NCBI GenBank assembly: GCA_965209035.1
Contig: OZ242372.1
Span: 1,536,001-1,600,000, forward strand
Direction of reading: 5' to 3'
Source of the DNA: Gammaproteobacteria bacterium
Lineage (GTDB): Bacteria > Pseudomonadota > Gammaproteobacteria > CBDBNL01 > JAAOII01
Length of the DNA: 64,000 nucleotides
In this document: positions 49,865 to 61,007 of the stretch, piece after piece
How the letters are laid out: every line of letters begins with the position of its first letter
Position numbering within the stretch: the stretch's first letter is position 1
Notes under the pieces: model-generated
What the model saw: only the letters and a program-made list of their open reading frames with translations
What the model was told of the DNA's origin: nothing
Databases searched by the model: none
Program-made: the position numbers and the translations under genes

Positions 49865-50478
49865 ATTCCTCTATGCCGCCATCGCTCGCATTGGCAACAT
49901 TTGAGTTCACAACCCAATTAATATTGAACCCGGTGATATTATCCTGTTCCGGATTGGTCCAACTCACGGTAATATTATTCCCACTGGCAGTGGCTTCGAT
50001 ACCGGAAACAGCCCGACCATCACCGCCGTCGGAACCGCCGCCGCCACAAGCGGCGAGCAAGACGGCCGGCAGGGCGATGGTTAATAATAGGATGAATAAT
50101 ATTGTGCCGCGGTGTGCCGTTCGGCTGGCTGCGGTGATGCCGTTGCTACGGATAGCGTGTATTGCGAATATGCTCATAATGAATAATTGATTGTTTTATT
50201 AAAAGATGAAATCAGCATAGTTAATATTTTACCCTATTTCGGCGAGGCTAGGCAGGGGCTAGGCAGGGACTAGGCACTTGCTATGAACCGGAGGACTGCG
50301 TGTGTGGGGGTGGTGACGGGGGCTTTTTGCCCCCGTATCTTGTTTGAGTGTCCCCCGATGTGACTGTTATAACAGTTAAGGGAACCTTTAATTAATGCGT
50401 TGCGTTATATCCGTCCGCAATACTTCCGAGAAAATCATGCCGGGATGGGCTTTTTGTCATCCGCTTCAAAATCTCAGT

Positions 50479-52800
50479 TTATCCAATTTGGCGATTAACC
50501 GAAAGGCGTAGTTGTTGCAGATTGCGTTTCTTTAGGATGCTCGGCACGGATCCTTTGTTTCCCGGCTTACTCAGGCGGGAATTCCATTTTGTCCATTGCA
50601 GCACACTCTCGCCGTTTTCCGTAATCAGAACTGCGTCGCCGGTTTGTAAGATCAGAGTTTGGCGCAAGGTGTCGCCCTTGCTCAACTTCATCAAAGTGTT
50701 TCCTCTGCCGGCCTTCATTTTGGGGATCTGTTGAATGTCCGCTACGATCACGCGCCCCTTCGCGGAAAGACAAAGAACATAGATCCCCGCGATCTTCGCG
50801 GTCCCCGCGGTTTTTGCTTCTTTGTTGGGAATCGGCAGCGGCTGCACCAATCCGGCGTTGTTCTTAATCCTCATCACCAACTTGCCGCGCTTGCGTCCTT
50901 TCGCCAGCATATCACCGTAGTTGGCAATAAAAGCATGGCCGGTTTTTGACACCAGCAGAAAGTTTTCCGCCGCCGTGGCAAGGGCCGCTCCCGAAATGGT
51001 CACCCCGTCGGCGATATCCAATCGGCTGCTCAGCGGCTCGCCCAGGCCGCGCGCCGAAGGCAAGTCGGCGGCCGGGAGTGTGTATGCCCGCCCGCTGTTA
51101 TCGAAAAACAAAGCATATTGGTCGCTATATCCCTCTGTCGCGCCGAGCAGGCTGTCGCCGTCGCGATAGGAAAATTCTTCCGCCTTGAGTTCGTGTCCTT
51201 TTGCCAGCCTGACCCAGCCTTCCGTTGATACGACCAGGGTAACCGCTTCTCGCCCGATCGTCTGTTCCTGTTTGAGTATCCGGGCTGCCGGCGCTTTGTC
51301 TTTCTCGGCAAACTGTGTTCGGCGAGCATCGCCAAATTCTTTTTTGATCCGCTTTAAGTCGTCTTTCATTTGTTTGGTGATCTTGTCTTCGGACTTTAGA
51401 GTGGTCTCCAGATAGCGTCTTAGGTCGGTTAGTTTTTCTTCTTCGCCCCGAATCTTCTCTTCTTCCAGTTTTGCCAGATGGCGTAACTTGGTTTCCAAAA
51501 TGGCTTCCGCCTGGACTTCGGTAAGCGAGAATTTTTTGATTAGAATCGGTTTGGGATGGTCGTTGTTGCGGATGATTTTAATCACTTCGTCCAGATCCAG
51601 GTAAACTCTCAGCAATCCTTCCAATATATGCAGCCGGGCAAGAATTTTATCCAGTTGTGCTTGCATCCGTTTTTTGACGGTCTCCCGGCGAAAATCCAGC
51701 CATTCAAACAGGATGCTGTCCAAGGATCTTGTTTGGGGTTTCCCCCCGGTGCCGATGACATTGAGGTTGACGCGGACGCTCTTTTCCAGGTCGGTGGTGG
51801 CAAACAGATGTGCCATCAGGCTATCCGGCTCCTTGCCGCGGCGCATGAGGATCACTAAATGAATCGGGTTTTCGTCGTCCGACTCGTCGCGCAGGTCCGT
51901 GATCATAGGAAGTTTCCGGTTCTGTATCTGCTGCCGTATTTGTTCCACGATGCGCAACACCGAGGTCTGCGGCGGCAAATCGGTGATGATCACTTTTTGT
52001 CCTTCCTGTTTGTATGCGGCGCGCACCTGCATATTGCCTCTGCCGGTCACATACATTTCTTCCAGTGCCTGCTCCGAAGACACAATAATACCGCCGCAGG
52101 GGAAGTCGGGCATGGGCATCATTTTGCGAATCTTTTGAATCAGTCTTCTTGTCTCCTGTGTTGTTTGCGGCCGCTTTTTTTGGTCTAATAGGAACCTGCA
52201 AACTTCCGTTATTTCGCTCAGATTATGCGAAGGGATATCCGTTGCCATGCCAACGGCGATGCCGGAGGCTCCGTTTAGCAGAAGGTTTGGTACCTGTGCC
52301 GGCAGCAATTTCGGCTCTTGCATTGTATTGTCAAAGTTCGGTTGCCATTCCGCGGTTGCCTGCTCCAATTCGTTGAGCAGAAGTTCCGCATAGGGGGTGA
52401 GCCGCGCTTCGGTGTAACGCATGGCGGCAAAAGATTTGGGGTCGTCAGTAGATCCCCAGTTTCCTTGCCCGTCAATTAACGGATATCTGGTGGAAAACTT
52501 TTGCGCCATCAAAACCATAGCCTCGTAACATGCCACATCTCCGTGCGGATGATACTTGCCAAGGACATCGCCAATGGTGCGCGCCGATTTCTTGTATTTT
52601 GCCCCTTTGGCGAGTCCCAGTTCGGACATTGCGTAGATGAGCCTGCGTTGAACCGGTTTTAAGCCATCGGCAAGTTGCGGCAGTGCTCGATCCAGAATAA
52701 CAAACATCGAGTAGTTGAGGTAGGAACGCTCCACATAGTCCGCCAGATTTTCGAGTTCCGGCGGGCGATGTTTTGGTTCTTTTTTTGCTTTGGTTGCCAT
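50479..52800 (-). CDS. parC: DNA topoisomerase IV subunit A
   Basis: [43 protein letters not shown]. Confidence 0.96.
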   Translation of the reverse strand: MATKAKKEPKHRPPELENLADYVERSYLNYSMFVILDRALPQLADGLKPVQRRLIYAMSELGLAKGAKYKKSARTIGDVLGKYHPHGDVACYEAMVLMAQKFSTRYPLIDGQGNWGSTDDPKSFAAMRYTEARLTPYAELLLNELEQATAEWQPNFDNTMQEPKLLPAQVPNLLLNGASGIAVGMATDIPSHNLSEITEVCRFLLDQKKRPQTTQETRRLIQKIRKMMPMPDFPCGGIIVSSEQALEEMYVTGRGNMQVRAAYKQEGQKVIITDLPPQTSVLRIVEQIRQQIQNRKLPMITDLRDESDDENPIHLVILMRRGKEPDSLMAHLFATTDLEKSVRVNLNVIGTGGKPQTRSLDSILFEWLDFRRETVKKRMQAQLDKILARLHILEGLLRVYLDLDEVIKIIRNNDHPKPILIKKFSLTEVQAEAILETKLRHLAKLEEEKIRGEEEKLTDLRRYLETTLKSEDKITKQMKDDLKRIKKEFGDARRTQFAEKDKAPAARILKQEQTIGREAVTLVVSTEGWVRLAKGHELKAEEFSYRDGDSLLGATEGYSDQYALFFDNSGRAYTLPAADLPSARGLGEPLSSRLDIADGVTISGAALATAAENFLLVSKTGHAFIANYGDMLAKGRKRGKLVMRIKNNAGLVQPLPIPNKEAKTAGTAKIAGIYVLCLSAKGRVIVADIQQIPKMKAGRGNTLMKLSKGDTLRQTLILQTGDAVLITENGESVLQWTKWNSRLSKPGNKGSVPSILKKRNLQQLRLSVNRQIG

Positions 52801-52902
52801 ACTTTCTGTGCTTTCTGTGCTTCCGATACTTTCGCGCTGCTTTCGCTGCTTTTTTTGATGCTTCCGGGCGGGCGGTACTAGTGCGGTCTGTGTTCTTTCT
52901 TC

Positions 52903-53718
52903 TTAAGAGGGCGGATTGAGCGCATCCGCATAGGATGCCATCTGCCGCATCAGCGGTTCGTTCGGCTGCGTTTTGCCTCTGCTTTCTCTGCTTTCCCTGA
53001 TTGTCTTGATCAAGGCACTGCCAACCACAACCCCGGCTAGGGCGGGGATCTTGGCGAACTCGCGGACATTGTCGGGTGTCTTGATGCCAAAGCCGGCGAC
53101 AACCGGCAGCGAGGGCTGCAAGAGTTCAAGATGTTCGCGCACCCGGCTCGGCTCGGCCGCGGTTGTGCCGGTGATGCCGGTGATGGTTACATAATACAAA
53201 AAACCGCGCGCATGCGAAGAAATAAGAGTTAATCGCTGCGGGTCGGTGGTGGGGGTAATCAAACGCACTTGGCACAGATCTTCGCCGCAGGCGGCGCGCA
53301 GGTCCGCATCTTCTTCCGGCGGCAGGTCCACCACAATCATTCCGTCCGCGCCGGCCCGACGAATGTCCCGGGCGAAGTGTTTCAAACCATAGCGAAACAC
53401 CGGGTTGTAGTAACCCATCAGAATCAAGGGAGTATCCGGGTTGGCAGCGCGAAACTTCGCGATCATTTCCGGCACCGAGCGGATGGAGAAGCCTAATGCC
53501 AAGGCTTCTTTGCCGGCGTTGCGAATTTCGCCGCCGTCCGCGGCCGGGTCGCTAAACGGAATCCCCATTTCCACCAGATCGGCGCCGTGTTTCGGCAGTT
53601 GGCAGAGAAGACGCAAACTTGTTTCTTTGTCGGGATAACCCGCCATCAGAAAGGGGATCAGCGCGCGCCGGCCGCTTTTCTTTAACCGGGCAAAAGTATT
53701 CTCTATGCGTTGATTCAT
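52903..53718 (-). CDS. trpA: Tryptophan synthase alpha chain
   Basis: EMGIPFSDP.ADG, MGYYNP, VDLPPEE, GITG, GFGI, VVGSA. Confidence 0.96.
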   Translation of the reverse strand: MNQRIENTFARLKKSGRRALIPFLMAGYPDKETSLRLLCQLPKHGADLVEMGIPFSDPAADGGEIRNAGKEALALGFSIRSVPEMIAKFRAANPDTPLILMGYYNPVFRYGLKHFARDIRRAGADGMIVVDLPPEEDADLRAACGEDLCQVRLITPTTDPQRLTLISSHARGFLYYVTITGITGTTAAEPSRVREHLELLQPSLPVVAGFGIKTPDNVREFAKIPALAGVVVGSALIKTIRESRESRGKTQPNEPLMRQMASYADALNPPS

Positions 53719-54692
53719 ACCACCTCGGCTCTGAGCAGATCGTGCATATTCAACGCGCCCGCCAGTTCGCCTTCTTTGTTGAGAACCGGCAGTGCGCTAA
53801 TCTTGTGCGTGTCCATAATTGCCAATGCTTCGGCCGCCAGGGCGTCCTCGTGAATTGTGCGAAAATCTTGCGTCATTGCATCGGCAATCAGGACGCTGTG
53901 GACATCCTTGCCCTGATCCAACAAGCGGCGCAAGTCGCCGTCGGTAAAAACCCCGACCAGTTCTTCTTTGGCATTTACAACGGTTGTCATGCCCAGTTTC
54001 TTTTCGGTCATTTCTATCAGGGCGGCGGCAAGATTCATATCCTCTCTCACCTTCGGCAGATTGACACCGCTGTGCATAATATCTTTCACTTTAAGGAGCA
54101 GTTTCTTGCCCAGCGCGCCCTTGGGATGTGAGAACGCAAAATCATCGGCGGTGAAGCCGCGCGCCTCCAACAAGCAAATTGCCAAAGCGTCTCCCATCAC
54201 CAGAGATGCGGTTGTGCTTGATGTGGGCGCAAGATTCAGAGGGCAGGCTTCTTTTTTAATGCCGACATGAAGATGCACATCCGCCTCCTTTGCCATAACG
54301 GAATGCGGGTTGCCGGTGACGGAGATCATTTTGACACCGAGCCTCTTGATGAGGGGCAGCAGATGCACCACTTCTTCGGTTTTGCCGGAATAAGAAAGCA
54401 GCAGCACCACATCGCCGGTGGCGATCGTCCCCATATCGCCGTGACCCGCTTCGCCCGGATGCACAAAAAATGCCGGCGAGCCTGTGCTGGAGAAGGTTGC
54501 CGCCATCTTGCGGGCGATATGACCGGATTTGCCCATCCCGATGACAACAATTTTGCCGCGGCATTTCAAAAGAATTTTGCATGCCCGGACAAAGTCCGCA
54601 TTGATCACCTTTTCTTGTTCCCGAATTGCCTCGGCTTCTATTTGCAAGGTTCTCTTGCCGATTTCAATGATATCGGCTTCTTTAATTTTCAT
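53715..54692 (-). CDS. kdsD: Arabinose-5-phosphate isomerase (KpsF/GutQ, SIS+CBS)
   Basis: GMGKSGHIA, HPGEAGHGDMG, EACPLNLAPTSST, HP.G.LG, TDGDLRR. Confidence 0.95.
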   Translation of the reverse strand: MKIKEADIIEIGKRTLQIEAEAIREQEKVINADFVRACKILLKCRGKIVVIGMGKSGHIARKMAATFSSTGSPAFFVHPGEAGHGDMGTIATGDVVLLLSYSGKTEEVVHLLPLIKRLGVKMISVTGNPHSVMAKEADVHLHVGIKKEACPLNLAPTSSTTASLVMGDALAICLLEARGFTADDFAFSHPKGALGKKLLLKVKDIMHSGVNLPKVREDMNLAAALIEMTEKKLGMTTVVNAKEELVGVFTDGDLRRLLDQGKDVHSVLIADAMTQDFRTIHEDALAAEALAIMDTHKISALPVLNKEGELAGALNMHDLLRAEVV

Positions 54693-54695
54693 TTC

Positions 54696-55202
54696 TCAGC
54701 GAGAGCGGTTCATTTTTTCAAAATACTTCTGGTGATATTCTTCGGCATTATGGAAGTCCCCCGCCCGGGCAATTTCCGTTACAACCGGGCGGCTGTGCCG
54801 GTCGGCAATTGTCTGCCGAGATGCTTCCGCCTGTTCTTTTTGTCGCGCCGATGTGTAAAAAATTGCGGAACGATACTGGCTGCCGACATCCGGGCCCTGA
54901 CGATCTTTGGTTGTCGGATCATGGCATCCCCAAAAAACACCGAGCAGTTTCTCGTAAGACACTTCGGCGGGATCATATTCAATTTTGACGGCTTCCGCAT
55001 GACCGGTTGTGCCGTCGCACACTTCCGCGTACACCGGGTTTTTGGTCTTGCCGCCGGTATAGCCGACAAGCGTTCCCGTAACACCCGGCACCTTGTCGAA
55101 AAGATCTTGGATATGCCAGAAGCACCCCGCGGCAAAGATGGCTGTTTCTGTCTCTGCTCCTGTTCCCGCCCCTGTCCCGGCTTCGTTTTGTTTTAAGTTC
55201 AT
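54696..55202 (-). CDS. msrA: Peptide-methionine (S)-S-oxide reductase
   Basis: [34 protein letters not shown]. Confidence 0.96.
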   Translation of the reverse strand: MNLKQNEAGTGAGTGAETETAIFAAGCFWHIQDLFDKVPGVTGTLVGYTGGKTKNPVYAEVCDGTTGHAEAVKIEYDPAEVSYEKLLGVFWGCHDPTTKDRQGPDVGSQYRSAIFYTSARQKEQAEASRQTIADRHSRPVVTEIARAGDFHNAEEYHQKYFEKMNRSR

Positions 55203-56974
55203 AATTGTATTTTAGAACTTTTTTGTGATTCGGACAGCCCCGTATCCAAACTCTTTAACTCTTCGTTTAACTTTTGCAAGACACCTCGCAAGGATTCGGT
55301 TTTTTCCGCATCGCCTTTTGTTTCCCATTTTGCAATTGCCTGTTTGGTCTTCTCCGCTTGCACTTGCAACATCGCAATTTTACGCTCTCGTGCCGCCTTC
55401 TCATCCGCAGGCACTTTTTTGGTGCCGCCGGCGCCGGCGATCTTGGCGGTGCCGGCAGGATCCGCGGCTTCCCGTAATCTTTGCCGGCGTTCCAATCGGC
55501 GCTGCTCCAACTGCCGGGCTTCTTCTTCCGTGCGTTTTTTGTGATCTGTGAACCGTTGGCGGGCTCGGTCCGCTTTCATTTGACGCTTGTTCTCGGCTTT
55601 TAATTCTTCCTTCGCAAAGATATAATAATCGCTCAGCGGGATCTTGCTCGGGCAAACATAGTCGCAGACGGCGCACTCTATACAGTCATCCAGATGATGG
55701 TCCTCCGCGGTTTCCAATTGATCCGCTTTAATCAGGCGGTACAGAAACTGCGGTTGCAACAGAACCGGACAGACCTGTTCGCACAGACCGCAGCCGATGC
55801 ATTCCCGATGTGTATTGTCCGGCCTGACCTCGTCGGCAGGGCGCATCAGCAAAAAACAATTGGTGCCGGGGCTGATCGGCATATCAGTATCCGTCACCGG
55901 ATAATTCATCATACCGCCGCCCATCAGTAGTTTTTTGTCACGCCAATCGGACTGACCGGTTGCATCCAGCAAATCCTTCACAGGCATCCAAAGAGGAACC
56001 CGATAGTTGCGCGGCTGCTCGGCCGCATTGCCGCTGATTGTCACGATGCGCTCGTTCAAAACCTCGTTGTATAGGACCGCCCGCCGGATAGCGCAAACGG
56101 TGGCAACATTCAAACAGAGAATACCGACATCCGCGGGTAATTTTCCTTGCGGGACTTCCAGGTTTAACAGAACCGAAATTAACTGTTTCTCGCCGCCTGT
56201 CGGATAGACGGCTTCAATTTCCCGCAAGGCGATCTTGGGGATGGCGGTGGATTTGGGTTTGGATGTAGATGCCCCTTGGATATTTTTTTTCAAAGATTGT
56301 TTCACCGCCCGGATTGCCGAGATCATATTTTCTTCTATGCCGATGATAATCTTTTTGGGGCGCAACATTTTGGCAAGCACCAGTATGCCGCCGAGCAGTT
56401 CGTCGCTCCTTTGCTCCAACAGACAATGGTCGGCGGTGATATAGGGCTCGCATTCGGCCGCATTGATGATCAGAGTATTCGGGGTCTTGAATGAGCGAAT
56501 CTTAATAAGAGTTGGAAAGCCGCCGCCGCCCATACCATAGATGCCGGCCCGGGCAATTCGCCGCATCAGCTCGTCCGTCTCGCATTCTTCCCAATGTTGT
56601 GCGCCTTGGGGAGGATCTTCCCGCAGATGTTTGCCGTCGCTTTCCAGCACCAAAGTCGGACTGCGGTAGGGGACTCTGCCGGAGATGAGAATCTCTTTTT
56701 CGGCGACGATCTTACCGGAATCCGGCGCGCGAATTTGCCGTTCATCGGAGACTGTGGGGATGTTGAGCAACTGCCCGCCGCGCACATGATCGCCGACCGA
56801 AACCGACATCCGATGGAGTTTGCCGTTGCGACTGCGATAGGGGATATGAAAGACTTTTGCCGATAAGCGAACGAGCGGGTTTTGCAGTGAAATGTCTTTG
56901 TGCTCCGGCGGCTTAATGCCGCCGTGCAGTCCGCCGCCGAGTCCGAGCAGGCTAAGCGGTGGCATCTGTGGCAA
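55199..56974 (-). CDS. rsxC: Rnf/Rsx electron transport subunit C
   Basis: [39 protein letters not shown], two CxxCxxCxxxCP motifs. Confidence 0.94.
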   Translation of the reverse strand: MPQMPPLSLLGLGGGLHGGIKPPEHKDISLQNPLVRLSAKVFHIPYRSRNGKLHRMSVSVGDHVRGGQLLNIPTVSDERQIRAPDSGKIVAEKEILISGRVPYRSPTLVLESDGKHLREDPPQGAQHWEECETDELMRRIARAGIYGMGGGGFPTLIKIRSFKTPNTLIINAAECEPYITADHCLLEQRSDELLGGILVLAKMLRPKKIIIGIEENMISAIRAVKQSLKKNIQGASTSKPKSTAIPKIALREIEAVYPTGGEKQLISVLLNLEVPQGKLPADVGILCLNVATVCAIRRAVLYNEVLNERIVTISGNAAEQPRNYRVPLWMPVKDLLDATGQSDWRDKKLLMGGGMMNYPVTDTDMPISPGTNCFLLMRPADEVRPDNTHRECIGCGLCEQVCPVLLQPQFLYRLIKADQLETAEDHHLDDCIECAVCDYVCPSKIPLSDYYIFAKEELKAENKRQMKADRARQRFTDHKKRTEEEARQLEQRRLERRQRLREAADPAGTAKIAGAGGTKKVPADEKAARERKIAMLQVQAEKTKQAIAKWETKGDAEKTESLRGVLQKLNEELKSLDTGLSESQKSSKIQL

Positions 56975-57518
56975 TCAACAGCGGGTTTTGCACGGGGCGA
57001 GACGGCGGGATATGGACGGCAAAGGATTCGGTTTCCACCATATCTATACAGTCAACCGGGCAAGGATCCACGCAGAGGTCACATCCCGTACATTCGTCCG
57101 CGATCACGGTGTGCATTTTTTTTGCCGCCCCCACAATCGCATCCACCGGGCAGGCACGAATGCATTTCATGCAACCGATGCACTCGTCTTCGCGAATGAC
57201 CGCCACTTTCGGCGGCGCTTCTTCGCCGTGTTCTCCGTCCAAAGGCAAAGGATCCTTTCCCAGGAGATCCGCCAGAGCGGCAATGGTGGCGGTTCCTCCG
57301 GGCGGGCATTTGTTGATGCGGTCGCCGCCGGCAATGGCCTCCGCATAGGGACGACAACCCGGATAACCGCATTGTCCGCACTGTGTTTGCGGTAGCAGGG
57401 CATCAATTTTGTCTACGGTCGGATCGCGTTTGACGCGCAAAAAAAATGCCGCCGTCCCCAACAAGAGGCCGATGAGCAACGAAAAAAGAATTAAAGCAAG
57501 TAAGGAGGCAAACGACAT
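56952..57518 (-). CDS. rsxB: Rnf/Rsx electron transport subunit B
   Basis: [47 protein letters not shown]. Confidence 0.96.
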   Translation of the reverse strand: MSFASLLALILFSLLIGLLLGTAAFFLRVKRDPTVDKIDALLPQTQCGQCGYPGCRPYAEAIAGGDRINKCPPGGTATIAALADLLGKDPLPLDGEHGEEAPPKVAVIREDECIGCMKCIRACPVDAIVGAAKKMHTVIADECTGCDLCVDPCPVDCIDMVETESFAVHIPPSRPVQNPLLIATDATA

Positions 57519-57552
57519 TTCCTGCTTTTTATTATAAAGACGGGCAATCCGT

Positions 57553-58149
57553 TTGCCACTCTATAAAATGAGGAATATGCGACTTCTTTTTGGGCGGATG
57601 TTTCTTCGGATGTTTTTTCGAGTGCTCCTGCGGATGGTATGGATCATTGTTTTCACAATATCTCCCGTTATGGCGGATGATTGGGGTTTCGGCGTCCAAG
57701 CCGGGGCGGATGACGGTGCTTTGAGTTTAAATTACGCGGTGCGGGATAGCGAGAAGAGCCTGCGCGAATGGACGCTCGGATATCGCGAATACACGCGCAG
57801 ACATGCCGCCGGACACACCGAGGAAAACGGCAGAGGATGGGGATTGGGCTTTTCTTGGCGTTATTATTTTCCAAAGACCGCGCCGTTTTTTCTCGGAGTC
57901 CGCCACGATTGGTGGGTGATGCAAGTTGCTTGGGAGGAGGATGCATCCCCGGGGCGGGGCGAAGCGGAAACGGGAAAGACCGATGTTCATATATTGCAGC
58001 CGGCTCTGATTCTCGGCTGGACACCGGCAACGGCAAAAGTTTCCGCGGACTTTTACTTTCTCGGCGGCTATGGTTTTGTTGCCGCCGCGCGGGGCGAGAG
58101 CGTTTCGCAAGTTCCCGCTTTATCTTTTGGCGTGGCTTTGCGCTTCTAA
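57553..58149 (+). CDS. Putative small outer-membrane beta-barrel protein
   Basis: Signal-like N-terminus, amphipathic aromatic strands, terminal Phe; start uncertain. Confidence 0.6.
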   Translation: MPLYKMRNMRLLFGRMFLRMFFRVLLRMVWIIVFTISPVMADDWGFGVQAGADDGALSLNYAVRDSEKSLREWTLGYREYTRRHAAGHTEENGRGWGLGFSWRYYFPKTAPFFLGVRHDWWVMQVAWEEDASPGRGEAETGKTDVHILQPALILGWTPATAKVSADFYFLGGYGFVAAARGESVSQVPALSFGVALRF

Positions 58150-58229
58150 AGCCGCGGTCCCGCTTTTTTGGAGAGGGTAATAGATTGTTGTCAAAGAATA
58201 CCAAGGAGGCAATATCGCTTGCAAAGAAG

Positions 58230-58238
58230 TGGTATAAT
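58230..58238 (+). promoter_or_regulatory. Extended -10 promoter element for tRNA-Leu
   Basis: TGGTATAAT (TGnTATAAT) 11 nt before the tRNA. Confidence 0.6.
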
Positions 58239-58249
58239 TTTTGAAGGTT

Positions 58250-58333
58250 GCCGAGATGGTGAAATTGGTAGACACGCTAGCTTCAGGAGCTAGTGGGAGT
58301 AATCCCGTGGAGGTTCGAGTCCTCTTCTCGGCA
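58250..58333 (+). tRNA. tRNA-Leu(CAG), CCA not encoded
   Basis: Acceptor GCCGAGA/TCTCGGC, anticodon arm CTAGC-TTCAGGA-GCTAG, long variable arm, GGTTCGAGTCC. Confidence 0.95.
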
Positions 58334-58486
58334 GGTCGTGATTTTTGAAAGAACAGGCGTTGGCTCGTTAATTTGTGGCGACCGGGGCCGGGGGACCGAG
58401 GGACCGGAGGCCGGACCGGTAAGAGAGCAAACAGACATTTATATGGTTATTATTATGATAGAAAATAAAAGGACAGAAAAAGAAAA

Positions 58487-59731
58487 ATGGACAAAGATAA
58501 ATTGTATGAGACGGCGTTGGATTATCACAAAAGAAAACCCGCGGGTAAGTTGGCGATCAAACTGACAAAACCCACCAATACTTCGCAAGACCTTTCTCTT
58601 GCCTACAGCCCCGGGGTGGCAGCCCCTGTGCTGGAAATTGCAAAGGATAAAATCAATGCGTATGAGTACACCGCCAAGGGAAACCTGGTTGGCATCATCT
58701 CAAACGGCAGTGCTATTCTCGGGTTGGGAAACCTGGGGGCACTGGCTAGCAAGCCGGTCATGGAAGGCAAGGCGGTACTTTTTAAGCGTTTCGCTGACAT
58801 AGATGCGTTTGATCTGGAAGTCAACGAATCGGACCCGGATAAGTTCATTGAAATCGTGCATTCCTTAGCGGACTCGTTTGGCGGTATTAATCTGGAAGAC
58901 ATCAAGGGACCCGAATGCTTTTACATAGAAAAGAAACTGCAATCTTTGTGCGACATACCCGTATTTCACGATGACCAGCACGGAACGGCAATTGTCACAC
59001 TGGCGGCATTGTTGAACGCGTTAAAAATTCAAGGCAAGAAGTTGTCATCTATAAAGATAGTCTGTCTGGGGGCGGGTGCCGCCGCGATTGCGACCATAGA
59101 ACTTTTAATTCATATCGGGGCAAAGAAAAAGAATGTTGTTCTGGTGGACAGCGGCGGCGTGGTGTATCACGGGCGTTCCAATGTTTCCGCCACCAAGGCG
59201 CCGTTCGCTTTGCGGACCGATGCCCGAACTCTGGCGGATGTGTGCGCGGGCGCGGATATCGTTTTGGGTTTTGCCAGAGGAAATATGTTGACACCGGATG
59301 ACTTGAAGTCCATGGCGGCCAAGCCGATTATCTTTGCTTGCGCGAACCCGGATCCGGAAATTAAACCGGAGCTGGCGCGTGCGACACGCTCGGATGTGAT
59401 TATTGCAACAGGCCGCTCGGATTATCCGAATCAGGTGAATAATGTCCTCGCATTCCCTTATATTTTTGCCGGAGCTCTTGCTACCAGAGCGAGTCGGATT
59501 AACACGGAAATGAAGGTTGCCTGTGCGGAAGCGATTGGCAAACTCATATACGAAGAAACGCCCGCCTCGGTGAAAAAGTTGTATAAAAAAGAGAATCTGG
59601 TGCCGGGGCCGGAGTACATCTTGCCAAAACCGATGGACCCGAGATTGTTGGAGACGGTCGGTTCGGCGGTTGCCGAGGCCGCCATTCGGACCAAGGTGGC
59701 TCGTGTTTCTGTTGCAAAAACGAGGAAATAG
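58487..59731 (+). CDS. maeB: Malic enzyme (MaeB-type N-terminal domains, no PTA domain)
   Basis: LSLAYSPGVA, KPVMEGKAVLFK, INLEDI, FHDDQHGTA, ATGRSDYPNQVNN. Confidence 0.92.
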   Translation: MDKDKLYETALDYHKRKPAGKLAIKLTKPTNTSQDLSLAYSPGVAAPVLEIAKDKINAYEYTAKGNLVGIISNGSAILGLGNLGALASKPVMEGKAVLFKRFADIDAFDLEVNESDPDKFIEIVHSLADSFGGINLEDIKGPECFYIEKKLQSLCDIPVFHDDQHGTAIVTLAALLNALKIQGKKLSSIKIVCLGAGAAAIATIELLIHIGAKKKNVVLVDSGGVVYHGRSNVSATKAPFALRTDARTLADVCAGADIVLGFARGNMLTPDDLKSMAAKPIIFACANPDPEIKPELARATRSDVIIATGRSDYPNQVNNVLAFPYIFAGALATRASRINTEMKVACAEAIGKLIYEETPASVKKLYKKENLVPGPEYILPKPMDPRLLETVGSAVAEAAIRTKVARVSVAKTRK

Positions 59732-59914
59732 CATTCGGTTTGACCGACCGTGAAATTGAAATAAAAAGGTCTCGCGGGACCGCCTGGCTCTGAATAGCCC
59801 GGCGGTCAGTGCATCCGCACATCCGCACATCCGTGCAAGGGATAAAAACCGCTATTTCGGGAGCAAATGCAACTTTCCGAACTTTCCAAATTTTTTGATG
59901 CTACATCCGATGCT

Positions 59915-60020
59915 CAATGATAATTCACTCCGATCAATTTTGAGAAGACCTCGGCGGGTGTTTTAATCCGAGTCGCTTGTGCGCTCGGCGGTTAATTCGG
60001 TGAATGATAATCTGCGAATA
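59915..60020 (-). pseudogene. IS30-family transposase C-terminal remnant
   Basis: Minus strand reads RINRRAHKRLG / 1-nt deletion / KTPAEVF, resembling the IS30 tail LNxRPRKxLGxKTPxEVF. Confidence 0.6.
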
Positions 60021-60270
60021 GTCATTTCAAACTTCCCCGTTGTGTGCGCAAACAGTTCGTGTAGGTTCGGTTCTTAATAGAAAGAGCCCAAAGCCGGGCG
60101 AGATGATATACAAAGACCCCCCCAAGTGAGTGGATGCTACTTTATTTGGCAATCACCGGGGATGCGGCCTGCGGACACAGTTAGGTACTTGGCAGGCTAT
60201 TAAAAGTTCAGGCTATTGGAAATTGAATGAGGTGTGTCATCTTAGTAACCTTGGCAATCTTAACTTGGTT

Positions 60271-60325
60271 AAAAAAAAGGGGGACCGAATCACGCATCGC
60301 GTTGCGATGCACTCAACGATCCCCC
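60271..60325 (-). terminator. Long hairpin plus U8, probable terminator of the gshA-lolB transcript
   Basis: GGGGGATCG..GCATCGC-AAC-GCGATGC..CGGTCCCCC-TTTTTTTT on minus strand. Confidence 0.7.
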
Positions 60326-60503
60326 GCAGCGGAGGCTATGTTCCCCTATTATACGCAATTAAGAGAGAATGATCTCTTTTTTCTTATTATATGTCTTTTT
60401 TTTAATTTTTTTAATTTTCAAAATATGAGAGAGCGGATCTTCATTTTGGGCTTATTACTCTCTTTTCCCCCTCTTTTCTCTTTCTCCCCGCCTCAATATT
60501 ATT

Positions 60504-61007
60504 TTATGTTCTTTCCAAAATGGCAAGCGTAACGCGGGACGGAGGCTTTTGGGCGCGAATGAGACGGGGATAACCGTTTTTGTATTTCAGATAGACAATT
60601 TCCCAGCCGTTCTGTCGGATTGAGACAATCTGTCCGCGTGCGTTACGGTTCATTTCGGCGGGGAAGGCGGGATGCGGACTGATATGGATCCAATATTCCA
60701 AATAGGTAAGCGGGAAGTGCCGCAGGTCGACTCTTGCCGCAAAGTCTGCGCGGACAGCCAGAGTTCGGTTTTCACCCGAGCGTCTCATTCTTGCCAATTC
60801 GCTACCCGCGGAAAGAACCGCGACATAATCGGCGCCGGACTGTTCCCATAGCAGGTCGGCACTTCCTCCTTTGCCGGCATGGTTGTAGCCGATACGCATC
60901 TTCTGGCGGAAATCGGTTTTTTGATGATGAACCGGTTGCGGTAAAGAGGCGCATGCGGCGACCAAGAAGAAAATGGGGATCAGTTGGAAGAATCTTGGCA
61001 GGTGCAT
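60504..61007 (-). CDS. lolB: LolB-like outer-membrane lipoprotein
   Basis: Lipobox VAAC, GGSA.LLWEQ..Y, PL.YL.YW, IRQNGWEIVY. Confidence 0.65.
   Translation of the reverse strand: MHLPRFFQLIPIFFLVAACASLPQPVHHQKTDFRQKMRIGYNHAGKGGSADLLWEQSGADYVAVLSAGSELARMRRSGENRTLAVRADFAARVDLRHFPLTYLEYWIHISPHPAFPAEMNRNARGQIVSIRQNGWEIVYLKYKNGYPRLIRAQKPPSRVTLAILERT

Larger units (their letters stand above)
46517..50177 (-). pseudogene. GLUG/FN3 lipoprotein copy D, interrupted by IS
   Basis: N-terminal part 49838-50177 and C-terminal part 46517-48533 rejoin in frame as ..PPRANVAAGASDNTY.. when the IS and one CCGCA are removed. Confidence 0.9.

Noticed and set aside
39239-50177. Diversity-generating retroelement acting on the lipoprotein array
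   Set aside because: No reverse transcriptase in the window; differences are block-wise, not adenine-specific.
50316-50336. Rho-independent terminator after parC
   Set aside because: Hairpin present but no U-tract on the minus strand.
60090-60360. 6S, SRP or other known ncRNA
   Set aside because: No recognisable conserved motifs on either strand.
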